This document shows positions 35,910 through 49,900 of a stretch of 58,581 nt of DNA, in pieces. Both the position numbers and the translations under genes were made by a program. The number at the start of each line of letters is the position of its first letter. Within the stretch, counting starts at the first letter, position 1. This DNA is from Nemertoderma westbladi (lineage: Eukaryota; Animalia; Xenacoelomorpha): assembly GCA_032718475.1 (NCBI GenBank), contig JAUCBJ010008588.1:1-58581 (forward strand), read 5' to 3'. The notes beneath the pieces are model-generated. The model had not been told where the DNA came from. It ran no database searches and saw only the letters and a program-made list of their open reading frames with translations.

Positions 35910-37430
35910 CCAATTGGGGTGTCATAGAGTTAATGTTAAATTAATATTGAAAAATTAGTGCATATAAGTAAAAATTTTACTGTAAATTGTGTTCCTAAAT
36001 TTAGTTTATTGTACTAGCTACTTTGTATAGCTACTTTCCTTTAAGGGGAGATGGTACCCCAGGCTATCCCCATATCATGAAAATTTCCAGAAGGGCGGAG
36101 TAACTATAAAAAAACCTAAAAAATATTGAATTTTTTTTGTGTCTATGTTTGAGGGTCACTTAATTGCACCAAAAACAAAAAAATGACACATTTTCGAAGT
36201 TTATATTAGAAATACATTTGATAATTGCTTTAAACATATGTTTTTAGAGGTTCCACAATGGTGTCTCAGAACAACAAACCTGCTGCGAAAATTTCAGCAA
36301 ATTCCATCAAGCCGTTCTCGAGAATAAGGTACCCTACATTTATCTCTAAATTTCACGAAAAGTAAGATGCTGAGAAAAACGCATTTTAAGTTTTCAAACC
36401 TTCCCGCTAATTTTATGTAAATCGCGGGAAATTTCAAAAATAAGCCAAATATACTACTCCAGCGAACCAAAATTTACGATTTAGGGATTTTCGTAGTCGC
36501 TGAGTTTATTTCTGATATCTGTTTTAATGTTTGATGACATCTGGACTGTCTATTTAGTGTTTGTCTGTCATTTTGTATGTCTGTCTGAAGTAATAAGTAA
36601 GTAAGCACAACACTTTACTATAATTTATGATATAGGGGTTTTCCCAGTCGTTGATTCCATTTCCGATGTCAATTTTAATATTTGACTGAACCTAGAATGT
36701 CTGTTTGTCTGTTTTTATGTCTGTCTGTCTGTCAGTCAAAATGTAAGGAGGCATATCACCGGAACAAAATTTCAGATATGGGGGTTTTCCTAGTCGCTGA
36801 TTTCATTTCCCATGTCGTTTTTATTAATTGAATGGACCTAGACTGTCTGTTTAAGTCTGTCTGTATGTCTTTCTTGACAGACAGATCGACTGACAGACAA
36901 ATATACAGGCATAATAGACTCTTCCAAACAGGAAAGATAGCACCAGAAATGAAATCACCGACCTTAAATACCCCATATTGTGTTTCGTTATGTTTTTGAC
37001 AGACAGACCGACAGACCGACAGACCGTCAAACAGACAGACAAACTAGATTACGTCAAATTTAAAAACTGACCCCGGAAATGAAATCCGCGACCACGAATA
37101 CCCATGTCTCAATAATTTTAGTTAGGTGGTGTACATTTTTATATCCATAATTTGTTGATAAACAGAAAAACAGACCAATAGACAGACAAACAGAAAAACA
37201 GACCACTTAAGCTTATGATATGATGTTAGGATTTCGATTTCTGAAAACTACGTTAAATTCTGATTTAGAATAAATAAAAAAAAATTCGAAAATTTTGTCT
37301 TTTTTGAAAAGTTCTGGGGTACCATCTCTCCCTAAAAGGTACCTTAAGTGGTGAGGGGGATATCTAAATTAAACATTCGCGAAATTTTAAGTTAATATGT
37401 TAAAATAGGCTGAAACGACACCCCAATTGG
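35910..37430. mobile_element. Outer inverted-repeat element enclosing the inner MITE
   Basis: 14-bp inverted pair ccaattggggtgtc (35910) / gacaccccaattgg (37417). No clear TSD. Confidence 0.45.
36045..37332. mobile_element. Non-autonomous DNA transposon (Kolobok/piggyBac-like, TTAA target)
   Basis: TIRs ttaa|ggggagatggtaccccag and ctggggtaccatctctccc|taaa. Internal ~150-bp subrepeats with (tgtc)n tracts occur in both orientations. Confidence 0.75.
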
Positions 37431-37750
37431 TAATATGCGTACGTATATGCCAGCCTGATATGATGACGTATGATGTTGACGTCGTTACTCTGTGGGTATG
37501 TTCCGTGATTCTAATTTGGTGTGGGAAAGTCGAGTGCCGGTTTATTTGCCCACCGCCGAATAACAGTTTGTATTTTATAGTTATTTTTTATTATTTGTAT
37601 ATTTAGCATACATAGCATACAAAATTGCTGTAACCTTTAGTATGCTAGCTAGGCTATGAATATTGTATAAAGTAAAATTGAATTAACAAATTCACAATTG
37701 GTTTATATATCACCCCCTAAGTATGTTACATAAATTCGCTGTTTAATTAG

Positions 37751-37940
37751 GTTGAAACAGTTGATGTAAAAAGAGAATTGGAAAAGTTAAAGTCGGAATT
37801 ATCGAGCCAATTGGAAAGGAAAGGTTTACTGAGGAGGAAAGTTTTACAACACGAACCTGAGATATCGGAAAAGGAGTTACGAGAGCGATTATACAAAAAA
37901 CTGGAAGCTAAAGTTAGTAAAGCGTGGGACAAATACAGCG
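37751..37940 (+). CDS. RGS22: RGS22-like exon (VETVDVK...KAWDKYS); alternative end at 38000
   Basis: aattag acceptor, G|gtgagc donor, phase 0-1. Confidence 0.8.
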
Positions 37941-38004
37941 GTGAGCGATTATACAAAAAACTGGAAGCTAAAGTTAGTAAAGCGTGGGACAAATACAGCG
38001 GTGA
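37883..38004 (+). repeat. Perfect 60-bp tandem duplication spanning the exon end and donor
   Basis: gagcgattatacaaaaaactggaagctaaagttagtaaagcgtgggacaaatacagcggt occurs twice. Confidence 0.97.
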
Positions 38005-38446
38005 CATCACGTCGCTATATTTACCCGCTTTATTTTCCTATTTTATCTTGGAATAATTATTAATAAAGTAACAGCTGGGAAGCAGCACCAGACACTTGCG
38101 CCTAACACCATCCTGCTTATTAATAATGAGGTCGGCGCGATTGAATAAAAAAAATATTTAAAATTTTCAAGAGCTAGAAGTAACTGTAGTAACTATAGTA
38201 ACTGTAGTCTTACAATACAATAATTACTAGGGTGTACAATGTATCCAAATGTAAGGTAGTAGTAATTGGGGTGGGAACAGATCAGTTGACAACTTCCATA
38301 TCAATGAACACTGATTGGATGCATTTCTGTGTCACCGGTCGCTTTTTATTTAGTTTTTGTACCTACCGCCGGTCGTTGGTTCTTAGTAATAGCAGTTTGC
38401 ATTGAAATATAATAAAATTCATGTTTACTAATGTTTCAGGTTTCAG

Positions 38447-38576
38447 AAGAATTCAAACATATTAATTTCCAGTGGTTGTTGAAAAATCGTATTGAATTTG
38501 AACACTTCCGTAAATTCCTCATTGACAACTACGCTATAATTGATCTTACATGTTGGATCGATTTTGAGGCGTACCG
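38447..38576 (+). CDS. RGS22: RGS22-like exon, third RGS-like domain (EEFKH...EFEHFRKFL...DLTCWIDFEAYR)
   Basis: Tandem acceptors gtttcag gtttcag, CG|gtaagt donor, phase 1-2. Confidence 0.88.
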
Positions 38577-38688
38577 GTAAGTTTATCTACGGTAATCGTA
38601 TACCATTTCTAACTGAAAATTGACTGAATATTCATTATGATATTTAGTAACCATTCTGTGATATTTTATCATCGTAATTAATTTGCAG

Positions 38689-38812
38689 ACGAGTTCCGCA
38701 TTCAGAGGAGCAGCGGAGAACAGACCACGGAAAAAATGTGAAGGCGAAATATCTAAATAAAAAGTATTTCTTTGGTTCCAACAGCCCGGCGACTAAGGAA
38801 GAGCAGAACGAG
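38689..38812 (+). CDS. RGS22: RGS22-like exon (KYLNKKYFFGSNSPA)
   Basis: tttgcag acceptor, GAG|gttcga donor, phase 2-0. Confidence 0.92.
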
Positions 38813-39011
38813 GTTCGAGTGAAATTATAATGTTTAGTTTATTATATTGCTAAAAAACGTTTGAACTAACAATTAACTCAAATTAATTCCCAGGGCCCGA
38901 ATAATCGCCTGATTATTCACAGATAATGGAATAGTTATATATTGGGGGGAGTATCCTATGCCAGTCAATTATTTAATAAATGGTATTAGGTTATACAAAT
39001 AATATCCCCAG

Positions 39012-39176
39012 GTGATGGAACTCGCGGGCGGTTGGGGCAGACTCCTGAATGACATACCTTCCACGGTTGTTGTCACTGAGGCGCAGAAACACGTGAGGGA
39101 ACGACTCGAAAGGAAATGGGTCTCATTATTTTTGTGTTCCGACGGATTCAAAAGTCGACAAAAACTCGACCACAAA
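39012..39176 (+). CDS. RGS22: RGS22-like exon (VMELAGGWG...QKHVRERLERKWVSLFL)
   Basis: ccccag acceptor, AAA|gttagt donor (a phase-0 alternative lies at 39214), conserved motif. Confidence 0.88.
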
Positions 39177-39426
39177 GTTAGTAACAACGACAATAACGAC
39201 ATGTTGGACAGGAAGGTCTATCTGTTCAATTGTCTGTATCGACAATAGATTTCAAACAAAACCGAAACAGAATCGAAGACATTGACATTAGTCTTACTGT
39301 ATTTAGCATATCGTAGCTAAGTGCCCTTAAGGCCGTACCTAACTCTATTTTAGTCGGATTTTACATTTTTATACAATTCCACACTTAGTCATCATACTCT
39401 ATCAGTTGGTGAAGTTTTGAACATTT

Positions 39427-39604
39427 TAACCAATGGGAAGTGATGATTATTGCCTATTAAAGTGAAGCCCTATATCCCAGCGGGCAATATTTTATGCAGA
39501 AGGCCCTATGTAAAAGTTTAACCAATGGGAAGTGATGATTATTACGTAATAAAGTAAATTCCAACAATCCTATTGGGCAATATTTTACTGCAGAAAGGCC
39601 CTAT
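39427..39604. repeat. Two-copy ~90-bp diverged direct repeat
   Basis: ttaaccaatgggaagtgatgattatt...ggcaatatttta..gcagaa(a)ggccctat occurs twice. Confidence 0.8.
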
Positions 39605-39735
39605 CTATATCTCTATATCTTTTAGTTTTATAGGCTCTCCTGAACAATTGTATTTTTTGACTTCGGGCCTTATGACACTTAGGCTAAGATATATTATTGT
39701 CTTCGTCTTGACGTAATGATACCGTATTGTTTTAG

Positions 39736-39890
39736 GTTGGTGACGTCACTGACGACGTTCTCGCTCAGAAGAAGCGTAAATCGATGGCTTTATGGAAAGT
39801 GTTGGATTCCCGATGGGTAACGACGTCTCAGGAGATTATCGAGTTTAGAAGGGCTTTATTAAATCCAGTGGCCTCATTACAGTTCCAAAG
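39736..39890 (+). CDS. RGS22: RGS22-like exon (WKVLDSRWVTTSQEIIEFRRALLNPVASLQFQR), start of the last RGS domain
   Basis: ttttag acceptor, AG|gtgcat donor, phase 0-2. Confidence 0.9.
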
Positions 39891-39939
39891 GTGCATTGTA
39901 GTTCGTATGTCTGTTAGGCATGGTTTCTACTGTATATAC

Positions 39940-40903
39940 ACCATGTCCTGGAATATAGTGTCGTAATTCAGTGACACGCCCCCCCCCCCCCCCCCCCCCT
40001 ACCTAATTTTTCTACAAATCTTAATGAGATCGCATGAAATTTGAAACAGAGGTAGTTTCACCTCCCTCCTCGTTGCTGGGTGAGCCAGAATTTTTATTTT
40101 CGCTTTCATTCTTTAGCTACAAGCGTTTGAAAAAGGTGTCTCCGTCGATATTGCAGCAGTTACACCGCAGTTATTCTTCAAACTTTTAGTGATTTGTTGG
40201 TACTAGTGGAAAGCTGACCGTGCATGGATTCCAAATCTGTGAAAATATTTGAATTTGAATTGAAGTAGAAGCTTGAAAATCCAATAATAAAGAGTTAATT
40301 GTATTTTATTTATTAATTAAGCACGTTAAGTAAAAACCTCCTTACAGGTTGGAAATCTCTCTCTACATTTTCTGGCTTGGCCTCCTGAGAATGCCTTCAG
40401 TTGCGGGGCGAAACCTACCGATCAGCTGGCTGCCGTCAGCTGATCACTGATTGCATGCAACGTCTAGGTCTTGTTGCCTTTTAGTTTTTTACATACTTTG
40501 GCACTGACATACCTACCGGTAAGGTTTTTACTTAACGTACTTGATTAATTAATAAAATACAATTAACTCTTTATTTGAATTTGGTTGGGAAATAGCTGAG
40601 ATATGGGCATTCGAATTTTACATGTATTAGTTTCCGCTGCAGACCATTTATTCTATTTAATAAATACACAATTTTCTAGAACATTTTGCTCATGTATGAA
40701 TATCCATATACTAGTATTATCATTTAGGCATTGCATTTTTGCCAAGCTACTTATGAGATAAACAAAATGTTCTAGAACATTGTGTATTTATTAATTATTG
40801 ATTATTATTTAATCATTGTGTATTTATAATGGCCTGCAGCGGAAGTTAATACATGCAAAATTCGAATGCCCATATCTCAGCTATTTTTCCCAACCAAATT
40901 CAA
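39940..40903. mobile_element. Non-autonomous repeat family copy 2, with a foldback segment
   Basis: Homologous to 8140-8227 plus 9721-9960; it continues into a long inverted repeat at 40575-40903. Confidence 0.7.
40286..40575. mobile_element. MITE with ~55-bp AT-rich TIRs
   Basis: aataaagagttaattgtattttatt...cgttaagtaaaaacct is the imperfect reverse complement of aggtttttacttaacgt...aataaaatacaattaactctttatt. Confidence 0.75.
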
Positions 40904-40908
40904 TGGAT

Positions 40909-43900
40909 CACTAGGATACATCGTCCACTCACACCACTACGATACATCGTCCACACAACTAGGATACATCGTCCACACCACTAGGATACATCGTCCACAC
41001 CACTAGGATACATCGTCCACCTACACCACTAGGATACAACGTCCACACCACTACGATACATCGTCCACCCACACCACTACGATACATCGTCCACCCACAC
41101 CACTACGATACATCGTCCACCCAAACCACTACGATATATCGTCCACCCACACCACTACGATACATCGTCCACCCACACCACTAGGATACATCGTCCACCC
41201 AAACCACTACGATATATCGTCCACCCACACCACTAGGATACATCGTCCACCCACACCACTAGGATACATCGTCCACCCACATCACTAGGATACATCGTCC
41301 ACCCAAACCACTACGATATATCGTCCACCCACACCACTAGGATACATCGTCCACCCACACCACTACGATACATCGTCCACCCACACCACTACGATACATC
41401 GTCCACCCAAACCACTACGATATATCGTCCACCCACACCACTACGATACATCGTCCACCCACACCACTAGGATACATCGTCCACCCAAACCACTACGATA
41501 TATCGTCCACCCACACCACTAGGATACATCGTCCACCCACACCACTACGATACATCGTCCACCCACACCACTACGATACATCGTCCACCCAAACCACTAC
41601 GATATATCGTCCACCCACACCACTAGGATACATCGTCCACCCACACCACTAGGATACATCGTCCACACAACTAGGATACATCGTCCACACCACTAAGATA
41701 CAGCGTCCACCTACACCACAAGGATTCATCGTCCACACCACTACGATACAACATCCACACCACTAGGATACATCGTCCACACAACTAGGATACATCGTCC
41801 ACACCACTAGGATACATCGTCCACCCACACCACTAGGATACATCATCCACACAACTAGGATACATCGTCCACATCACTAGGATACATCGTCCACAACACT
41901 AGGATACATCGTCCACCCACATCACTAGGATACATCGTCCACACAACTACGATACATCGTCCACCCACACCACTACGATACATCGTCCACCCAAACCACT
42001 ACGATATATCGTCCACCCACACCACTAGGATACATCGTCCACCCACACCACTAGGATACATCGTCCACCCACATCACTAGGATACATCGTCCACACAACT
42101 AGGATACATCGTCCACCCACACCACTAGGATACATCGTCCACCCACACCACTAGGATACATCGTCCACCCACACCACTAGGATACATTGTCCACACCACT
42201 ACGATACATCGTCCGCACCACTACGATACATCGTCCACACCACTAGGATAAATCGTCCACACAACTAGGATACATCGTCCACCTACACCACTAGGATTCA
42301 TCGTCCTCAGCACTACGATACATCGTCCACACCACTAGGATACATCGTCCACACCACTACGATACACCGTCCACACCACTAGGATACATCGTCCACCTAC
42401 ACCACTAGGATACATCGTCCACACCACTAGGATACTTCGCCACACCACTACGATATATCGTCCACCCACACCACTAGGATATATCGTCCACACCACTAGG
42501 ATACATCGTCCACCCACACCACTAGGATATATCGTCCACACCACTAGGATAAATCGTCCACACCACTAGGATACATCGTCCACCTACACCACTAGGATTC
42601 ATCGTCCTCAGCACTACGATACATCGTCCACACCACTAGGATACATCGTCCACACCACTACGATACACCGTCCACACCACTAGGATACATCGTCCACCTA
42701 CACCACTAGGATACATCGTCCACACCACTAGGATACATCGTCCACACCACTAGGATACATCGTCCACCCACACCACTAGGATATATCGTCCACACCACTA
42801 CGATACATCGTCCACACCACTAGGATATATCGTCCACCTACACCACTAGGATGCATCGTCCACACCACTAGGATACATCGTCCACCCACACCACTAGGAT
42901 ATATCGTCCACACTACTACGATACATCGTCCACACCACTACGATACACCGTCCACACCACTAGGATACATCGTCCACCTACACCACTAGGATACATCGTC
43001 CACACCACTAGGATACATCGTCCACCCACACCACTAGGATATATCGTCCACACCACTATGATACATCGTCCACACCACTAGGATATATCGTCCACACCAC
43101 TAGGATACATCGCCCACACCTCTAGGATATATCGTCCACCCACACCACTAGGATACATCGTCCACACCACTAGGATATATCGTCCACCTACACCACTAGG
43201 ATACATCGTCCACACCACTAGGATACATCGTCCACACCACTAGGATACATCGTCCACCCACACCACTATGATATATCGTCCACACCACTACGATACATCA
43301 TCCACACCACTAGGATACATCGTCCACACCACTAGGATACATCGTCCACACCACTAGGATACATCGTCCACACCCCTAGGATATATCGCCCACACCACTA
43401 CGATACATCGTCCACACCACTAGGATACATCGTCCACACCACTAGGATACATCATCCACACCACTAAGATACATCGTCCACACCACTAGGATACATCGTC
43501 CACACCACTAGGATACATCGTCCACACCACTAGGATACATCGTCCACCCACACCACTAGGATATATCGTCCACACCACTACGATACAGCGTCCACCTACA
43601 CCACAAGGATTCATCGTCCACACCACTACGATACAACATCCACACCACAAGGATACATCGTCCACACAACTAGGATATATCATCCACCCACACCCCTAGG
43701 ATATATCGTCCACACCACTAGGATATATCGTCCACCTACACCACTAGGATACATCGTCCACACCACTAGGATACATCGTCCACACCACTAGGATACATCG
43801 TCCACCCACACCACTATGATATATCGTCCACACCACTACGATACATCATCCACACCACTAGGATACATCGTCCACACCACTAGGATACATCGTCCACACC

Positions 43901-46900
43901 ACTAGGATACATCGTCCACACCCCTAGGATATATCGCCCACACCACTACGATACATCGTCCACACCACTAGGATACATCGTCCACACCACTAGGATACAT
44001 CATCCACACCACTAGGATACATCGTCCACACCACTAGGATATATCGTCCACCTACACCACTAGGATACATCGTCCACACCACTAGGATACATCGTCCACA
44101 CCACTAGGATACATCGTCCACACCACTAGGATACATCGTCCACACCACTAGGATATATCGTCCACCTACACCACTAGGATACATCGTCCACACCACTAGG
44201 ATACATCGTCCACACCACTAGGATACATCGTCCACCCACACCACTATGATATATCGTCCACACCACTACGATACATCATCCACACCACTAGGATACATCG
44301 TCCACACCACTAGGATACATCGTCCACACCACTAGGATACATCGTCCACACCCCTAGGATATATCGCCCACACCACTACGATACATCGTCCACACCACTA
44401 GGATACATCGTCCACACCACTAGGATACATCATCCACACCACTAAGATACATCGTCCACACCACTAGGATACATCGTCCACACCACTAGGATACATCGTC
44501 CACACCACTAGGATACATCGTCCACCCACACCACTAGGATATATCGTCCACACCACTACGATACAGCGTCCACCTACACCACAAGGATTCATCGTCCACA
44601 CCACTACGATACAACATCCACACCACAAGGATACATCGTCCACACAACTAGGATATATCATCCACCCACACCCCTAGGATACATCATCCACACCACTAGG
44701 ATATATCGCCCACACCACTACGATACATCGTCCACACCACTAGGATACATCGTCCACACCACTAGGATACATCATCCACACAACTAGGATACATCGTCCA
44801 CACCACTAGGATACATCGTCCACACCACTAAGATACAGCGTCCACCTACACCACAAGGATTCATCGTCCACACCACTACGATACAACATCCACACCACTA
44901 GGATTCATCGTCCACACAACTAGGATACATCGTCCACACCACTAGGATACATCGTCCACCCACACCACTAGGATATATCGTCCACACCTCTAGGATACAT
45001 CGCCACACCACTACGATATATCGTCCACCCACACCACTAGGATATATCGTCCACACCACTACGATACATCGTCCACACCACTAGGATACATCGTCCACCC
45101 ACATCACTAGGATACATCGTCCACACAACTAGGATACAACGTCCACCCACACCACTAGGATACATCGTCCACCCACACCACTAGGATATATCGTCCACAC
45201 CACTATGATACATCGTCCACCCACACCACTAGGATATATCGTCCACACCACTAGGATACATCGTCCACACCACTGGGATACATCGCCCACACCACTAGGA
45301 TATATCATCCACCCACACCACTAGGATACATCGTCCACACCACTAGGATACATCGTCCACCCACATCACTAGGATACATCGTCCACACAACTAGGATACA
45401 TCGTCCACCCACACCACTAGGATACATCGTCCACCCACACCACTAGGATACATCGTCCACCCACACCACTAGGATACATTGTCCACACCACTACGATACA
45501 TCGTCCGCACCACTACGATACATCGTCCACACCACTAGGATAAATCGTCCACACAACTAGGATACATCGTCCACCTACACCACTAGGATTCATCGTCCTC
45601 AGCACTACGATACATCGTCCACACCACTAGGATACATCGTCCACACCACTACGATACACCGTCCACACCACTAGGATACATCGTCCACCTACACCACTAG
45701 GATACATCGTCCACACCACTAGGATACTTCGCCACACCACTACGATATATCGTCCACCCACACCACTAGGATATATCGTCCACACCACTAGGATACATCG
45801 TCCACCCACACCACTAGGATATATCGTCCACACCACTAGGATAAATCGTCCACACCACTAGGATACATCGTCCACCTACACCACTAGGATTCATCGTCCT
45901 CAGCACTACGATACATCGTCCACACCACTAGGATACATCGTCCACACCACTACGATACACCGTCCACACCACTAGGATACATCGTCCACCTACACCACTA
46001 GGATACATCGTCCACACCACTAGGATACATCGTCCACCCACACCACTAGGATATATCGTCCACACCACTACGATACATCGTCCACACCACTAGGATATAT
46101 CGTCCACCTACACCACTAGGATACATCGTCCACACCACTAGGATACATCGTCCACCCACACCACTAGGATATATCGTCCACACCACTACGATACATCGTC
46201 CACACCACTACGATACACCGTCCACACCACTAGGATACATCGTCCACCTACACCACTAGGATACATCGTCCACACCACTAGGATACATCGTCCACCCACA
46301 CCACTAGGATATATCGTCCACACCACTACGATACATCGTCCACACCACTAGGATATATCGTCCACACCACTAGGATACATCGCCCACACCTCTAGGATAT
46401 ATCGTCCACCCACACCACTAGGATACATCGTCCACACCACTAGGATACATCGTCCACCTACACCACTAGGATACATCGTCCACACCACTAGGATACATCG
46501 TCCACACCACTAGGATACATCGTCCACCCACACCACTATGATATATCGTCCACACCACTACGATACATCATCCACACCACTAGGATACATCGTCCACACC
46601 ACTAGGATACATCGTCCACACCACTAGGATACATCGTCCACATCCCTAGGATATATCGCCCACACCACTACGATACATCGTCCACACCACTAGGATACAT
46701 CGTCCACACCACTAGGATACATCATCCACACAACTAGGATACATCGTCCACACCACTAGGATACATCGTCCACACCACTAAGATACATCGTCCACACCAC
46801 TAGGATACATCGTCCACACCACTAGGATACATCGTCCACACCACTAGGATACATCGTCCACCCACACCACTAGGATATATCGTCCACACCACTACGATAC

Positions 46901-49900
46901 AGCGTCCACCTACACCACAAGGATTCATCGTCCACACCACTACGATACAACATCCACACCACAAGGATACATCGTCCACACCACTAGGATATATCGCCCA
47001 CACCACTACGATACATCGTCCACACCACTAGGATACATCGTCCACACCACTAGGATACATCATCCACACAACTAGGATACATCGTCCACACCACTAGGAT
47101 ACATCGTCCACACCACTAAGATACAGCGTCCACCTACACCACAAGGATTCATCGTCCACACCACTACGATACAACATCCACACCACTAGGATTCATCGTC
47201 CACACAGCTAGGATACATCGTCCACACCACTAGGATACATCGTCCACCCACACCACTAGGATATATCGTCCACACCTCTAGGATACATCGCCACACCACT
47301 ACGATATATCGTCCACCCACACCACTAGGATATATCGTCCACACCACTACGATACATCGTCCACACCACTAGGATACATCGTCCACCCACATCACTAGGA
47401 TACATCGTCCACACAACTAGGATACAAAGTCCACCCACACCACTAGGATACATCGTCCACCCACACCACTAGGATATATCGTCCACACCACTATGATACA
47501 TCGTCCACCCACACCACTAGGATATATCGTCCACACCACTAGGATACATCGTCCACACCACTGGGATACATCGCCCACACCACTAGGATATATCATCCAC
47601 CCACACCACTAGGATACATCGTCCACACCACTAGGATACATCGTCCACCTACACCACTAGGATACATCGTCCATACCACTAGGATACATCATCCACACAA
47701 CTAGGATACATCGTCCACACCACTAGGATACATCGTCCACACCACTAAGATACAGCGTCCACCTACACCACAAGGATTCATCGTCCACACCACTACGATA
47801 CAACATCCACACCAATAGGATACATCGTCCACACAACTAGGATACATCGTCCACACCACTAGGATACATCGTCCACCCACACCACTAGGATACATCATCC
47901 ACACAACTAGGATACATCGTCCACACCACTAGGATACATCGTCCACACCACTAAGATACAGCGTCCACCTACACCACAAGGATTCATCGTCCACACCACT
48001 ACGATACAACATCCACACCACTAGGATACATCGTCCACACAACTAGGATACATCGTCCACACCACTAGGATACATCGTCCACACAACTAGGATACATCGT
48101 CCACCCACACCACTAGGATACATCGTCCACACAACTAGGATACATCGTCCACACCACTAAGATACAGCGTCCACCTACACCACAAGGATTCATCGTCCAC
48201 ACCACTACGATACAACATCCACACCACTAGGATACATCGTCCACACAACTAGGATACATCGTCCACACCACTAGGATACATCGTCCACCCACACCACTAG
48301 GATACATCATCCACACAACTAGGATACATCGTCCACACCACTAGGATACATCGTCCACACCACTAAGATACAGCGTCCACCTACACCACAAGGATTCATC
48401 GTCCACACCACTACGATACAACATCCACACCACTAGGATACATCGTCCACACAACTAGGATACATCGTCCACACCACTAGGATACATCGTCCACACAACT
48501 AGGATATATCGTCCACCCACACCACTAGGATACATCGTCCACACCACTAGGATACATCGTCCACCCACACCACTAGGATATATCGTCCACACCTCTAGGA
48601 TACATCGCCACACCACTACGATATATCGTCCACCCACACCACTAGGATATATCGTCCACACCACTACGATACATCGTCCACACCACTAGGATACATCGTC
48701 CACCCACATCACTAGGATACATCGTCCACACAACTAGGATACAACGTCCACCCACACCACTAGGATACATCGTCCACCCACACCACTAGGATATATCGTC
48801 CACACCACTATGATACATCGTCCACCCACACCACTAGGATATATCGTCCACACCACTAGGATACATCGTCCACACCACTGGGATACATCGCCCACACCAC
48901 TAGGATATATCATCCACCCACACCACTAGGATACATCGTCCACACCACTAGGATACATCGTCCACCTACACCACTAGGATACATCGTCCATACCACTACG
49001 ATACATCGTCCACACCACTAGGATACATCGTCCACACCACTACGATACACCGTCCACACCACTAGGATACATCGTCCACCTACACCACTAGGATACATCG
49101 TCCACACCACTAGGATACTTCGCCACACCACTACGATATATCGTCCACCCACACCACTAGGATATATCGTCCACACCACTAGGATACATCGTCCATCCAC
49201 ACCACTAGGATATATCGTCCACACCACTAGGATAAATCGTCCACACCACTAGGATAAATCGTCCACACCACTAGGATACACCGTCCACCTACACCACTAG
49301 GATTCATCGTCCTCAGCACTACGATACATCGTCCACACCACTAGGATACATCGTCCACACCACTACGATACACCGTCCACACCACTAGGATACATCGTCC
49401 ACCCACACCACTACGATATATCGTCCACACCACTAGGATACATCGTCCACACCACTAGGATACATCGTCCACCCACACCACTAGGATATATCGTCCACAC
49501 CACTACGATACATCGTCCACACCACTAGGATATATCGTCCACACCACTAGGATACATCGCCCACACCACTACGATACATCGTCCACACCACTAGGATACA
49601 TCGTCCACACCACTAGGATACATCATCCACACAACTAGGATACATCGTCCACACCACTAGGATACATCGTCCACACCACTAAGATACATCGTCCACACCA
49701 CTAGGATACATCGTCCACACCACTAGGATACATCGTCCACACCACTAGGATACATCGTCCACCCACACCACTAGGATATATCGTCCACACCACTACGATA
49801 CAGCGTCCACCTACACCACAAGGATTCATCGTCCACACCACTACGATACAACATCCACACCACAAGGATACATCGTCCACACCACTAGGATATATCGCCC

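Larger units (their letters stand above)
6638..39890 (+). other. RGS22: RGS22-like gene span (partial, 17 exons identified; 5' and 3' exons lie outside the window)
   Basis: The spliced exons give ~1033 aa with RGS22 signature segments: EQGIQWIKAERLTHFLNSDCYAEYRLAKLL, EPLLLYWGPRF, LPLRPQSCVP, PPFEDLFDAAEE, KYLNKKYFFGSNSPA, FRRALLNPVASLQFQR. All intron phases match. Confidence 0.9.
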
